Positions 9,082 through 18,431 of a DNA stretch of 64,000 nt are shown here, piece by piece. A program made the translations under genes and the position numbers. How positions within the stretch are numbered: the first letter of the stretch is position 1; every line of letters begins with the position of its first letter. This DNA comes from Natranaerovirga hydrolytica. GTDB lineage: Bacteria > Bacillota > Clostridia > Lachnospirales > DSM-24629. The stretch covers positions 136,352-200,351 of the forward strand of contig NZ_SMGQ01000013.1 of NCBI RefSeq assembly GCF_004339095.1. Direction: 5' to 3'. The notes beneath the pieces are model-generated. The model saw only the letters and a program-made list of their open reading frames with translations. It did no database searches and was not told the origin of the DNA.

Positions 9082-9906
9082 ATGAATAGAGATTATATTT
9101 TAGTCATTGGATTGATAGTACTTTTATTAACAGGCTGTCAAGATAGCTCGGTTATTAAAGCGGATTTGAATAATTCTTTAATAGTAACAACTGAAATCAT
9201 AGATGAGATTATAAAAACAGATGATGAGGCAATCAAAGAAAGTTTAGAAAATGCTAAGTATGAAGAACTAGAAGCTTATGAATTTTATATAGATATTGTG
9301 GATAAGAAGTTTAAAGTAGTCATGGAGGCAAAACCATTTGAAGAAGATATAGAGGACATATTGTATGATAGTGAACTTTTAATATCAATATATGATGTTG
9401 ATGATTTAACTGAGCCTGTTCAGCAATTATCAAATAAAACTAATGGCACTTTGTTTTTTGAGAATGGCGTTTTAGATGCTAACTTTGACGGGTATGATGA
9501 TTTTTACTATGTAGCATTTAGAGGTGCTACTAACGCTTCATCGAATTTTTTTCTATGGGATAATGATGAAATGTGCTTTAAATTTTCAGAAGAATTAAGT
9601 GAACTATCATTACCCTCCTTCCATAATGATTTGGAAGTGGTAAGTGAGTTTAATAAGGGGGGAGCGGCTTCAAACTTTACTCGTTATTATAAATTTTATA
9701 AAGATGAATTGATTTGCATTAGAGCATTGTATATGAATGTATCACAAGAAGGAATGCATGTTTTAAGGGTAGAAGATTTAAGGCAAGGAGAACTTGTCGA
9801 AGTATTTAATAAGAATGTTCCTTTAGAACGTATTGAAGAGGCCTATGTTGGTGAAGAATATGATGAGTTTTTTCAGTGGAAGAATCTAGAGTATACAGGT
9901 GAATGA
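9082..9906 (+). CDS. hypothetical lipoprotein
   Basis: Lipobox LLTGC. Acidic mature part. Confidence 0.5.
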   Translation: MNRDYILVIGLIVLLLTGCQDSSVIKADLNNSLIVTTEIIDEIIKTDDEAIKESLENAKYEELEAYEFYIDIVDKKFKVVMEAKPFEEDIEDILYDSELLISIYDVDDLTEPVQQLSNKTNGTLFFENGVLDANFDGYDDFYYVAFRGATNASSNFFLWDNDEMCFKFSEELSELSLPSFHNDLEVVSEFNKGGAASNFTRYYKFYKDELICIRALYMNVSQEGMHVLRVEDLRQGELVEVFNKNVPLERIEEAYVGEEYDEFFQWKNLEYTGE

Positions 9907-9987
9907 TGTAAAAATTTTTAAAATCTAATATCATATGAGTTAAGAAAAAGATGGAGGGAGATTTTAACTTTAAAAGAACTATATGAT

Positions 9988-10716
9988 ATGATTTGTAAAA
10001 GAAAGTCATTTAGAAGATTTGATGATACACTAACTTTTTCAGAAGGGGAATTACAGGATATTAATCAAGCAATAGAAAAATTAAATCCTCTTGTAGATGA
10101 CATAGAAGTAAAATATAAGGTTGTTCCAAGAGAGAAAACCACATCTAAACGTGGAGAATACTGCTTGCTTATCTATAGCGAAGAAAAAGAATATTATTTA
10201 TTAAACGTGGGTTATATGTTTGAGCAATTAGATTTATATTTGGCATCAAAGAACATAGGTGTATGTTGATATGGGATGGGAAAAGTAAATGAGCATCATT
10301 ACGAGAATTTTAAATATGTTATAATGATGGCTTTGGGAAAAGGGAAAGATAGCGACTTTAGGAAAGATTATAAAAAAAGCAAACGTAAGGAAACAAGGGA
10401 TATATGGAAAGGTGATTTGAGTCTTGAGATAGCCGATTTCATTAAATATGCTCCAAGTGCTTGCAATACTCAACCATGGCGAGTGGTTTGTGAAAATAAC
10501 ACATTGAAAATATATAGAACAACAGATGTAAAATCAATTATGCCAAAAGAAAAAGTACCTTTTTATAATTCAATAGATATGGACATTTTTCTATATTTCT
10601 TAGAGTTGGCTTTAGCTCACAATGAAATTTTATTTCAAAAAACTTTGAGTTCCGAACATGAGGGCACTAACTTAATATCTATAGCAACATATTTTTTGGA
10701 AAAAAAAGAAGAATAG
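9988..10716 (+). pseudogene. nitroreductase-family gene interrupted by in-frame TGA (10270-10272)
   Basis: ORFs 9988-10269 and 10276-10716 are in the same frame. Together they carry KRKSFRRFDD and SACNTQPWR nitroreductase motifs. They are separated only by TGA-TAT. Confidence 0.55.
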
Positions 10717-10832
10717 AGCTTACACAAGTTTCTGTTTTTAGAGTATAGGTAGTCTATTATACAAGTTATTTGTGATGTGTTTGACATAAAATACGACCTT
10801 ATTTCTTATTAATAGTACTAGGAGGGACAAAT

Positions 10833-11663
10833 ATGAAATTAAAGAAAAGACTTATAGTAGCAGTGTGTTTGATTATTATAATGGTTCTTAGTGGCTGTAC
10901 GAAAGATCAGGGACCTTCTTTAAAAGAAGGTTTGTTCTCAAATGAAGATGTAAAGAGAATTCTTGAAGAAGAAGGGCTTGATTTAACTAAAGTTTCGGAG
11001 CAACCTTCTATGAAAGTAGATACAAATATAACACCCACTTCCTATGAGGTTGGTGAGAATGAGGACACCTTATTTATTTATTCATTTGATTCAATTTCAT
11101 CTTGTAAAGAGTTTCTATCAATTTTCCATAGTACTTATAACATTGAAAATGAAAATCTATTATTACATATATATGCTGCAAAAAATATAGCTATTGTTTA
11201 TGAACCCCCACAAGAATTTTCAGCCGCTACAGCAGCAGTTTCTCAAAATATATCTAATGCAGTATTTTATAGGATGAATGATGTGAAAAAGGTAGCATTT
11301 CAAGGGGGAGGGGATTACTGGAATACAAATTTAGACTTGGAATATTTTGAATATGAGTGGGAGGATGACAAAGGTGAAGAGCGTTTAGAGTATTATGGAA
11401 GATATGAGCTTTCTATGACCTTTTTAGATGAAAACTCAGAGGAAGTGTCGGATTTAGTTTATCAATTTTCTATAAATGAAAATAGATCCATAGGTGAGAG
11501 GATTAGTAGTCAAGAGGGTGAGAGTGTTTTAGAAAAAGGTGCTACTTATTCTCGAAGTAGCACTATTGATAGGCCTATTGAAAACGAAGCTTTAGATTTT
11601 ATGATTGAATGGAATAATTATGAAGAAAATTTTACATTAATAAAAAGCAATAAAGTATTCTAA
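10833..11663 (+). CDS. hypothetical lipoprotein
   Basis: Lipobox LSGC. 276 aa. Confidence 0.5.
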   Translation: MKLKKRLIVAVCLIIIMVLSGCTKDQGPSLKEGLFSNEDVKRILEEEGLDLTKVSEQPSMKVDTNITPTSYEVGENEDTLFIYSFDSISSCKEFLSIFHSTYNIENENLLLHIYAAKNIAIVYEPPQEFSAATAAVSQNISNAVFYRMNDVKKVAFQGGGDYWNTNLDLEYFEYEWEDDKGEERLEYYGRYELSMTFLDENSEEVSDLVYQFSINENRSIGERISSQEGESVLEKGATYSRSSTIDRPIENEALDFMIEWNNYEENFTLIKSNKVF

Positions 11664-11666
11664 AAG

Positions 11667-11717
11667 TCATTCCTTTAGGGTCCGGTTCGAATGCGTCGCA
11701 AACACAAAACGTTGTCT
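11667..11717 (+). repeat. short attC-like site (central region deleted)
   Basis: TCATTCCTTTAGGGTCCGGTTCGAATGCGTCGCAAACACAAAACGTTGTCT. The left and right arms are fused. Ends GTTGTCT. Confidence 0.55.
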
Positions 11718-11836
11718 AAAACCAAGCTTAACCAGAATTTAAGTGCAATTTAAAAATATGAAAAGAGGCGGGGCTTAAGAAGAGAAATAGGGATTTTAAT
11801 ACAGAAATACAAAAAAATGATTCAAAAGGAGGCAAT

Positions 11837-12205
11837 ATGAATAGACTGAATAAATATGAAGTTATTCAAAGTAGAAAGAGTGACTATCCTAAACCAATTC
11901 AACTGAGGAAGGGAGATGTTGTTCAGGTAGGAAGAGCATCTTCACAAGAGGATGGATGGGAAAATTGGATATATTGTACAAATAATGATATTAGCGGTTG
12001 GGTTCCAAAACAAATATTAGAAAGTAATGAGAATGAGACAGGCTTAATCATTGAAGATTATACTGCTCGTGAATTAGAAATCACCAAAGGCGAGATAATT
12101 GTATCAGAAAAGGAAATGAATGGATGGGTTTGGGGTTTTAAGGAAAATGAAGAAGATAATAAAGGATGGATTCCTTTGGAGAATATCAAAAAAATGAAAG
12201 AATAA
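11837..12205 (+). CDS. hypothetical protein with two SH3-like beta segments
   Basis: 122 aa. Repeated GW motifs. Confidence 0.35.
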   Translation: MNRLNKYEVIQSRKSDYPKPIQLRKGDVVQVGRASSQEDGWENWIYCTNNDISGWVPKQILESNENETGLIIEDYTARELEITKGEIIVSEKEMNGWVWGFKENEEDNKGWIPLENIKKMKE

Positions 12206-12499
12206 AAGTTAGGGGAAGAAAATTACCCCATCAGAATGTCTTTTTCTAATTAGTCTTGAAGAAAAGGTTTTTAAAGTATTAACTCATTTTGCTAACTTTG
12301 CCTGGAAATGTGTTTGAATAGTAAGTGAACGTAATCAGATTTGATTAAGTTATTACAATACTTAATGAAAAATAATACTCCTTTTACAATAATAGCAAAT
12401 ACAGGGACAGTTCTGCCGTGGCAGGCAGAAGAAAACTTTAAAAGCTGTGACAATTCGTGATATCAATGGCCGGTCAACGTCACATCTTTTCATTTGGTG

Positions 12500-12570
12500 G
12501 CAAAAACTGCCAAAGAGTAGTCCGCTAGAGTCCAGCTCACAGATGTCGCAAATGCGAAACTGTAGCCAAT
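12500..12570 (+). repeat. attC-like remnant
   Basis: GTCCGCTAGAGTCCAGCTCACAGATGTCGCAAATGCGAAACTGTAGCC resembles the right half of the family. Confidence 0.4.
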
Positions 12571-12595
12571 ATGCTTTATCATGGAGGAAGAAGAT

Positions 12596-13267
12596 ATGAT
12601 TTTATTTATAATGGCTTTAATAGTAATGTTAATAAATTTTGCTTATCTAAGAGTAATAGTTTATAAAAAAGTAAAAACGGAGAAGGATAAAAGAAAGAAA
12701 TTAAGGAAATTAATATTAGCTTTATGCATAGTTTATTCGGGTTTGATTTCATATTTTGTAACAGATGATATTATAGGATTTAGTGGTGTTTTTTTATTGA
12801 TCAGTTCGTATTACATCATTTGTCATATTAGCTATAATCAACCTAGTAACTTATTGAATAATTTAGTCCTAAGTCTGGGCTTTCCTTTAGTTTTCATATT
12901 ATCTATAAGATTCATAAAGTACATTCTTATGAATGTATCTTTGACAGTATTTCTCTTAATAATTCCAATCTTATTTATAGAAAAAGTAGAACATAAAGCA
13001 AATAAATTAATAAAGAATATTTGTTTAGTAATGGGTATTGGCATTATGTGGTTACTAGTGATTATCTTATATGATAATGATAATACACACAAGTTAAAGC
13101 CGGAGATAGCGGCAGAAAAGTATTTAATTAATGAACATGATATTGTTTCTGAATATACTTATTCGAGGGGTGGCATTAGGGGGAATGAGATTGAAGTCAA
13201 AGTATATAGTGAAAATAAAAGAATTACCTTAATATATAAGAATGGAAAAATAATAAGAATGAAATAG
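12596..13267 (+). CDS. hypothetical membrane protein
   Basis: About 223 aa with multiple TM helices. RBS GGAGGAAG before ATG 12596. Confidence 0.4.
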   Translation: MILFIMALIVMLINFAYLRVIVYKKVKTEKDKRKKLRKLILALCIVYSGLISYFVTDDIIGFSGVFLLISSYYIICHISYNQPSNLLNNLVLSLGFPLVFILSIRFIKYILMNVSLTVFLLIIPILFIEKVEHKANKLIKNICLVMGIGIMWLLVIILYDNDNTHKLKPEIAAEKYLINEHDIVSEYTYSRGGIRGNEIEVKVYSENKRITLIYKNGKIIRMK

Positions 13268-13288
13268 TATATTTAGTGAATATCAGCT

Positions 13289-13430
13289 AATAAAACATAT
13301 TCGGTCACCTCTTCGCTGGGAGCACGCTTGCACTAGGAATTTTACGTGCCACATCCTCAGTCCAAGACAAAAGCTATGGATGGGAAATATCTTGAGTGCA
13401 AGGACGTTGAGTGATAGAATTGATTATCTT
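13289..13430 (+). repeat. attC-like site 13
   Basis: TCGGTCACCTCTTCGCTGGGAGCACGCTTGCACT ... CAAGGACGTTGAGTGATAGAATTGATTATCT. Contains a GTTGAGT box and the terminal TTATCT. Confidence 0.5.
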
Positions 13431-13496
13431 AACATATAGGGCAAAGGTATTAAAAATAGATTTGGTAATATATGAAAATGGAAAAGAGGGGATAAA

Positions 13497-14015
13497 ATGA
13501 ATGCTTTTTGGACAGTGATACCAATTATTTTAATTAGGTATGGTCTTTTAAATGTGGTAAACAAAGAAGCACTTAAGCGTGCAAGTTTCTTTGCTCCATT
13601 AGTTGGAAAAGAAAAGATAGCATTCTGGGTTTATCAAATGACAACGGCATTTATGGTGATATATTTATTAGTACTTAAGATTAAAACTGGTTCTGAGTGG
13701 TTTTACATAGGCTTGATAGTATATGGTTTAGGACTGATTTTATATGCTGTATCGATTGTTAATTATGCTAAGCCTAAAATGAATGGAATAAATTTAAAGG
13801 GTTTATATAAAGTATCACGCAACCCTATGTACGTTGCATTTTTTATATATTTCTTAGGGTGTGTATTTTTAACGGGTTCATGGGTATTGCTTGGGATATT
13901 GATAAGTTTTCAAATATCAGTACACTGGATTATTCTTTCAGAAGAAAGATGGTGCATTAAGGAATTCGGAGAAGAATATATAAATTATATGAATAAAGTG
14001 AGACGTTATATTTGA
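13497..14015 (+). CDS. isoprenylcysteine carboxyl methyltransferase-family membrane methyltransferase
   Basis: C-terminal RNPMY...EE..L...FG.EY motif. Confidence 0.5.
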   Translation: MNAFWTVIPIILIRYGLLNVVNKEALKRASFFAPLVGKEKIAFWVYQMTTAFMVIYLLVLKIKTGSEWFYIGLIVYGLGLILYAVSIVNYAKPKMNGINLKGLYKVSRNPMYVAFFIYFLGCVFLTGSWVLLGILISFQISVHWIILSEERWCIKEFGEEYINYMNKVRRYI

Positions 14016-14384
14016 TAGAGAAGACATAACTAAATTTTCATCGATGAATAGTTAATAGTTGTTTTATAGAAAAAATATATTGAAATATTTACAATTTTAC
14101 TTAAAAATATGATAAAATAAGATAGTATAATATATACGCAAGGACTGAGAAATATAATGAGTCCAGTAAAATAAAAAGCGATTTAACATATAACAATACT
14201 ACTTAAAGGTGCCTCTTGGGAGGAAATCATGTAAATTGAAGACATAAAAAAATAAATATTATTAGAATCTTACATTGTGGACGAGATATGACAAAAATAA
14301 AAATACATCCGTGGGAAATAACATAAAGTTCTCATGGGTGTTTTTTTATATATTTCTTAAGGGGTTATGTGATTTCCATCATGC

Positions 14385-14475
14385 AACAATCTTGTTCACA
14401 GGGGAAAAGAACTGCCTACACAGAAGGGTTCTATGGTTCAGTTCAGGAACGTCGTGAACAGCAAAATATTATAAG
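14385..14475 (+). repeat. attC-like site 14
   Basis: GGTTCTATGGTTCAGTTCAGGAACGTCGTGAACAGCAAAATATTATAAG parallels GGTCCAGTTCAGGAACGTCGG...AACAAAACGTTATCT. Confidence 0.5.
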
Positions 14476-14653
14476 TAATGGTGATATTGGTATCTTGAAA
14501 GGAAGTGAGCTGTGTGAAAAGAATAAAACGAATTAAATTCTCAGTGCAGTTAAGATAATCTGGTAGCAGATTGTACTGAGATTATAAATGTGTTATCAGT
14601 TAACTGCACTGCTTTTTATTAAAAATAAATAATAAAAAGGAGTACAAGTTATA

Positions 14654-15418
14654 ATGAAAAATAAGGAATTAAGAAAATATTGGTTGTTGGAAGAGCAAAG
14701 AAGTTTTAAAGGTTGGGATTTTTCATATATTAAAAATAGAACAGTAGAAGAACCTTTACCATGGGATTATGATAAGATTATTCGTCAACACTTGAAGACA
14801 AATCATATTGTGTTGGATATGGGTACAGGAGGCGGTGAATATCTGCTAACCTTAAAACATCCATATACAAAAACTTATGTTACAGAAGGATATCCTCCAA
14901 ATGTTGCATTATGCAATGAGAAGCTAACACCCTTAGGAATAACGGTGAAACAAGTTTTTGGTGATAACAAATTGCCTTTTAAAGACGGTATGTTTGATAT
15001 AATAATCAATAGGCATGAATCTTTTGACATTAATGAAGTGCATAGATTGCTTAAGCCAAAGGGTTTGTTTGTTACTCAACAGGTTGGAGGGTTAAACAAT
15101 AAAGAATTATCAAAATTTCTAATAAAAGGGTTTAGAGAAATTATTAGTAGTGGTTATACCTTGGAAAATACCCAAGTTTTAATTAAAAGCAAAGGTTTTT
15201 CTATATTGAAGGCTGAAGAGTATTTTCCTAGGGTTAAATTTTTAGATGTAGGAAGCCTGGTTTATTTAGCTAAAATTATTGAATGGGAGTTTCCTAACTT
15301 CTCTGTTGAAAAATGCTTTGAACAACTATGTGCGCTACATTCTACAATTGAAAAACAAGGTTTTGTAGAAAGTAAACAACATCGATTTATTATTGTTTCA
15401 CAAAAAATAAAGGCGTAA
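14654..15418 (+). CDS. class I SAM-dependent methyltransferase
   Basis: Motif I VLDMGTGGGEYL. Confidence 0.65.
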   Translation: MKNKELRKYWLLEEQRSFKGWDFSYIKNRTVEEPLPWDYDKIIRQHLKTNHIVLDMGTGGGEYLLTLKHPYTKTYVTEGYPPNVALCNEKLTPLGITVKQVFGDNKLPFKDGMFDIIINRHESFDINEVHRLLKPKGLFVTQQVGGLNNKELSKFLIKGFREIISSGYTLENTQVLIKSKGFSILKAEEYFPRVKFLDVGSLVYLAKIIEWEFPNFSVEKCFEQLCALHSTIEKQGFVESKQHRFIIVSQKIKA

Positions 15419-15439
15419 ACAAATCGACACAACTTATAA

Positions 15440-15526
15440 GAATATATCTCTGTGCATTACACACATTCCAGAGCCTAAGTGAATACTTCTAAGGCTCTGG
15501 AAGGCCAGAGATACAAAACGTTAGGC
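15440..15526 (+). repeat. attC-like site 15 ending in canonical core GTTAGGC
   Basis: CATTCCAGAGCCTAAG-tgaata-CTTCTAAGGCTCTGGAAGG palindrome. Then AAAAC-GTTAGGC (15520-15526). Confidence 0.6.
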
Positions 15527-15589
15527 TACAAAAAAGACTTTGTTTATCAAAAATAGAATGATTTGTACGTTTTTTAAGTGAGGTGAGAA

Positions 15590-16200
15590 ATGGTGAAGTT
15601 AATACTTGAAACGTCAAATTTAATAGATTACTTAGCAGAAGATCATAACATTGATTTTAATCATTTAGTAATTAGAGAAAAAGTTAAAGAGCTTTATCAA
15701 GAGTGTGAAAGTGACATTTCAAAAATAAAAAAGGCATATGAATTTGTTCGAGATGAGATAGCTCATTCATGGGATATAGGAAGTACACGTATTACAAAAA
15801 GAGCATCAGAGGTATTGGTTTATAAAGAAGGTATTTGCTATGCAAAGTCTAATTTGTTTGCAGCCTTATTGCGTGCAGTCAATATACCAACAGGGTTTTG
15901 TTATCAAAGACTGACTATTGGTAATGCACCTGAAACAGGCTATTGTATCCATGCCTTGAATGCAGTGTATTTATCGGAATTTCATAAATAGATTCGGTTA
16001 GATACAAGAGGCAATAAAGAAGCAATAAATGCCCAATTTTCAATTGATACAGAACAATTAGCCTTTCCTGTACGCAAATATTATGATGAAAAAGATTACA
16101 TAACAATCTATAAGAATCCAAATGAGGCAACAATGGAAACTTTAAGTAAAAATGAAAATTGTTTAGAGATGTATAAATATCATTTACCTACAGAAATTTA
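15590..16200 (+). pseudogene. transglutaminase-like cysteine peptidase gene with in-frame TAG (15989-15991)
   Basis: C (GICYAKSN) and H (YCIHALN) lie before the stop. The D (IRLDTRGN) continues in the same frame after TAG. The stop sits where related sequences often have Trp. Confidence 0.5.
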
Positions 16201-16486
16201 ACAATAGGTTGTTGGCGTCTTGTTTTGGCCTAAAAGAGTGTTGCTGACGTGGATAGGAACAAGGAAGGGTGTCCACGTGAGTAACACCCAGAACCTTATA
16301 TAAAATTCAGCTAGGCATAGTTCTTAATGGGCTATTAAAACAATAATACCAAAATGTAATTGATTTAAAAATTAAATTCTACTATTCGTGGAATGGTCTC
16401 AATATAGAAGTCAAATATAAGTAGTTTGCCAAAGAAGAAACAATTATACTATAATTTAAACATTAAACAAGAACTAGGGAGGAATT

Positions 16487-17320
16487 ATGATGGATAGCAA
16501 AAAAGTGGGAAGCTTCATATCAGAATTGAGAAAAAAGAAGAATATGACACAACAAGAATTAGGAAATAAATTAAATGTTACAAATAAAGCTGTTTCAAAA
16601 TGGGAGACCGGTGATGGATATCCGGAAATAACGACTATTCCTGCTTTAGCAGAAGTATTAGGCGTATCCACAAGCGAATTGTTAAATGGTGAAATAAAAG
16701 GTAAAGGTATGAATGATGAAAAAGAAGTAGTTAAAAAATTTAATATAAATTTAAAAATGATCAATAAGTTAAAAGAAGGTAATAACACTAATAGGATACT
16801 ATTCGTCATCACTTCAGCATTTTTAATTGGGATTTTTACATGTATGTTATGTGATTATTTAATAAACAAAGCGTTTGGATGGTCTTTATATCCATTGGGG
16901 GCATTATTAATAATATGGTTAATTATAATTCCTATTTTTAAGCTTAAAAAGCACAGAATAATTATTTCATTTACTGTATTTGCACTTTCAGTAATACCCT
17001 ATTTGTTTTTGATAGAATATATAGCCGGAGAGAAAAGGTGGGTAATGCCACTAGCTTTGCCCATAGCAATATTAAGTATTATAGCCTTATATATTGTTTT
17101 ATATCTTTTTATTTATACTCAAATTAGAAAATTATATGTTACTGCAATAAGCTTTATAATTTTTGGAGTAGGTATCAATATTGCTCTGGGGCAGATTATA
17201 GGTGAGTTTGTTAATCATCAACAGAATACGTCAACTTTTATAAACGTATTTCTATCAATTTTTATAGCTTGTATTATAGTGATGTTTGAATATAAAAGAA
17301 CAAGAAAAAGTAGTGAATAA
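16487..17320 (+). CDS. XRE-family HTH regulator fused to a membrane domain
   Basis: N-terminal HTH_XRE (QQELGNKLNVTNKAVSKWE). Four TM helices follow. Confidence 0.7.
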   Translation: MMDSKKVGSFISELRKKKNMTQQELGNKLNVTNKAVSKWETGDGYPEITTIPALAEVLGVSTSELLNGEIKGKGMNDEKEVVKKFNINLKMINKLKEGNNTNRILFVITSAFLIGIFTCMLCDYLINKAFGWSLYPLGALLIIWLIIIPIFKLKKHRIIISFTVFALSVIPYLFLIEYIAGEKRWVMPLALPIAILSIIALYIVLYLFIYTQIRKLYVTAISFIIFGVGINIALGQIIGEFVNHQQNTSTFINVFLSIFIACIIVMFEYKRTRKSSE

Positions 17321-17536
17321 TTGATATTTAATTTAAAGTTAATGAATCAATGAAGTGAATAGTCGATATTAAAATATTAAGATAACCAATATATTATGAA
17401 GAAAAGAGATTTGTTCACCCTTATCTTAAGAATATAATTAAGAAACATATCATAATGATCATAAGCATATGGGTACGATACCAGAATGTTAGAGGATTAT
17501 CTAGACCATTAAAAAATGAAAGGTTGAGGTAGGGAT

Positions 17537-18295
17537 ATGATTGAATACCTAGGAAGAGAAGTTGAGGTAAAAATAGATAGGCCATTAGGAAGTAAGCATC
17601 CAGATCACGGTTTTGTTTACCCCATTAATTATGGATTTATTGAAGGAACCAAAGCCGCAGATAATGAAGAAATTGATGCATATGTTCTTGGTATATTTGA
17701 ACCAATAAGTACTTATAGAGGGAAAGTTATAGGAATAATTAAGAGAAATAATGATGTTGAAGATAAGTTAATAGTAGCTAACGATTTAAATAGTTATGAT
17801 AAGTATCAAATAAAAGCTTTAACAGAATTTCAAGAAAGATTTTTTGATACAGAAATAATAACCTACGATTATTTAAGAAGTTCAATTCGAAATACTGTTC
17901 GGGGATTAATAAAAAAAGGCAATAAGATTCTTGTACTAGAAGAAAAGTATCAAGGAGAAAAATATTATTTTTTACCTGGTGGAGGAATTGAGTATTTAGA
18001 GAAAAGTCAAGAAGCTTTATATCGAGAAATGAAAGAGGAATTGAATGTAGATATAGTAGAGAGTCAATTAATGCACGTAATAGACAATATTTTTGAAGCA
18101 AACGGAATAAAAGCACACGAGGCTACACAAATATATGAGGTTAAAGTAAGTGGAATTGAAGAATTGAAGGATGGGGATAGAATGGATAAAGATTTAATGC
18201 CCAGTAAAATTCGGTGGATAGATATTGAAGAATTAAGAAAAGAAATTGCACCATTGTATCCGGAAGAATTGAAGGGGTTACTGTCTAGGGATTAA
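17537..18295 (+). CDS. inorganic pyrophosphatase-like domain fused to NUDIX hydrolase
   Basis: N-terminus resembles family I PPase. The C-terminus has a Nudix box GGGIEYLEKSQEALYREMKEELNV. Confidence 0.55.
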   Translation: MIEYLGREVEVKIDRPLGSKHPDHGFVYPINYGFIEGTKAADNEEIDAYVLGIFEPISTYRGKVIGIIKRNNDVEDKLIVANDLNSYDKYQIKALTEFQERFFDTEIITYDYLRSSIRNTVRGLIKKGNKILVLEEKYQGEKYYFLPGGGIEYLEKSQEALYREMKEELNVDIVESQLMHVIDNIFEANGIKAHEATQIYEVKVSGIEELKDGDRMDKDLMPSKIRWIDIEELRKEIAPLYPEELKGLLSRD

Positions 18296-18431
18296 CGGCA
18301 TACAAAGAGGGTTATCGATCTAGGCGAGAAATTGAATAAAGTGTAAAAAGGGCTGATTGGAAGGCATCACCAATGTCAATGTTAGGCAAAATAACCACAG
18401 TGTTTACAATAAGAAAAATTGGAGAGTGAGT

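Noticed and set aside
10270-10272. TGA as a selenocysteine codon in the nitroreductase-like gene.
   Set aside because: No obvious SECIS-like hairpin is visible in the 60 nt downstream. The array contains other clearly decayed genes, and the nitroreductase family is not known for Sec. This is kept only as an alternative to the pseudogene call.
14525-14615. SAM-I riboswitch in front of the SAM-dependent methyltransferase.
   Set aside because: The sequence does not contain the conserved SAM-I core elements recognisable by eye. The structure ends in a T-tract and is more simply a compound terminator for the upstream cassette.
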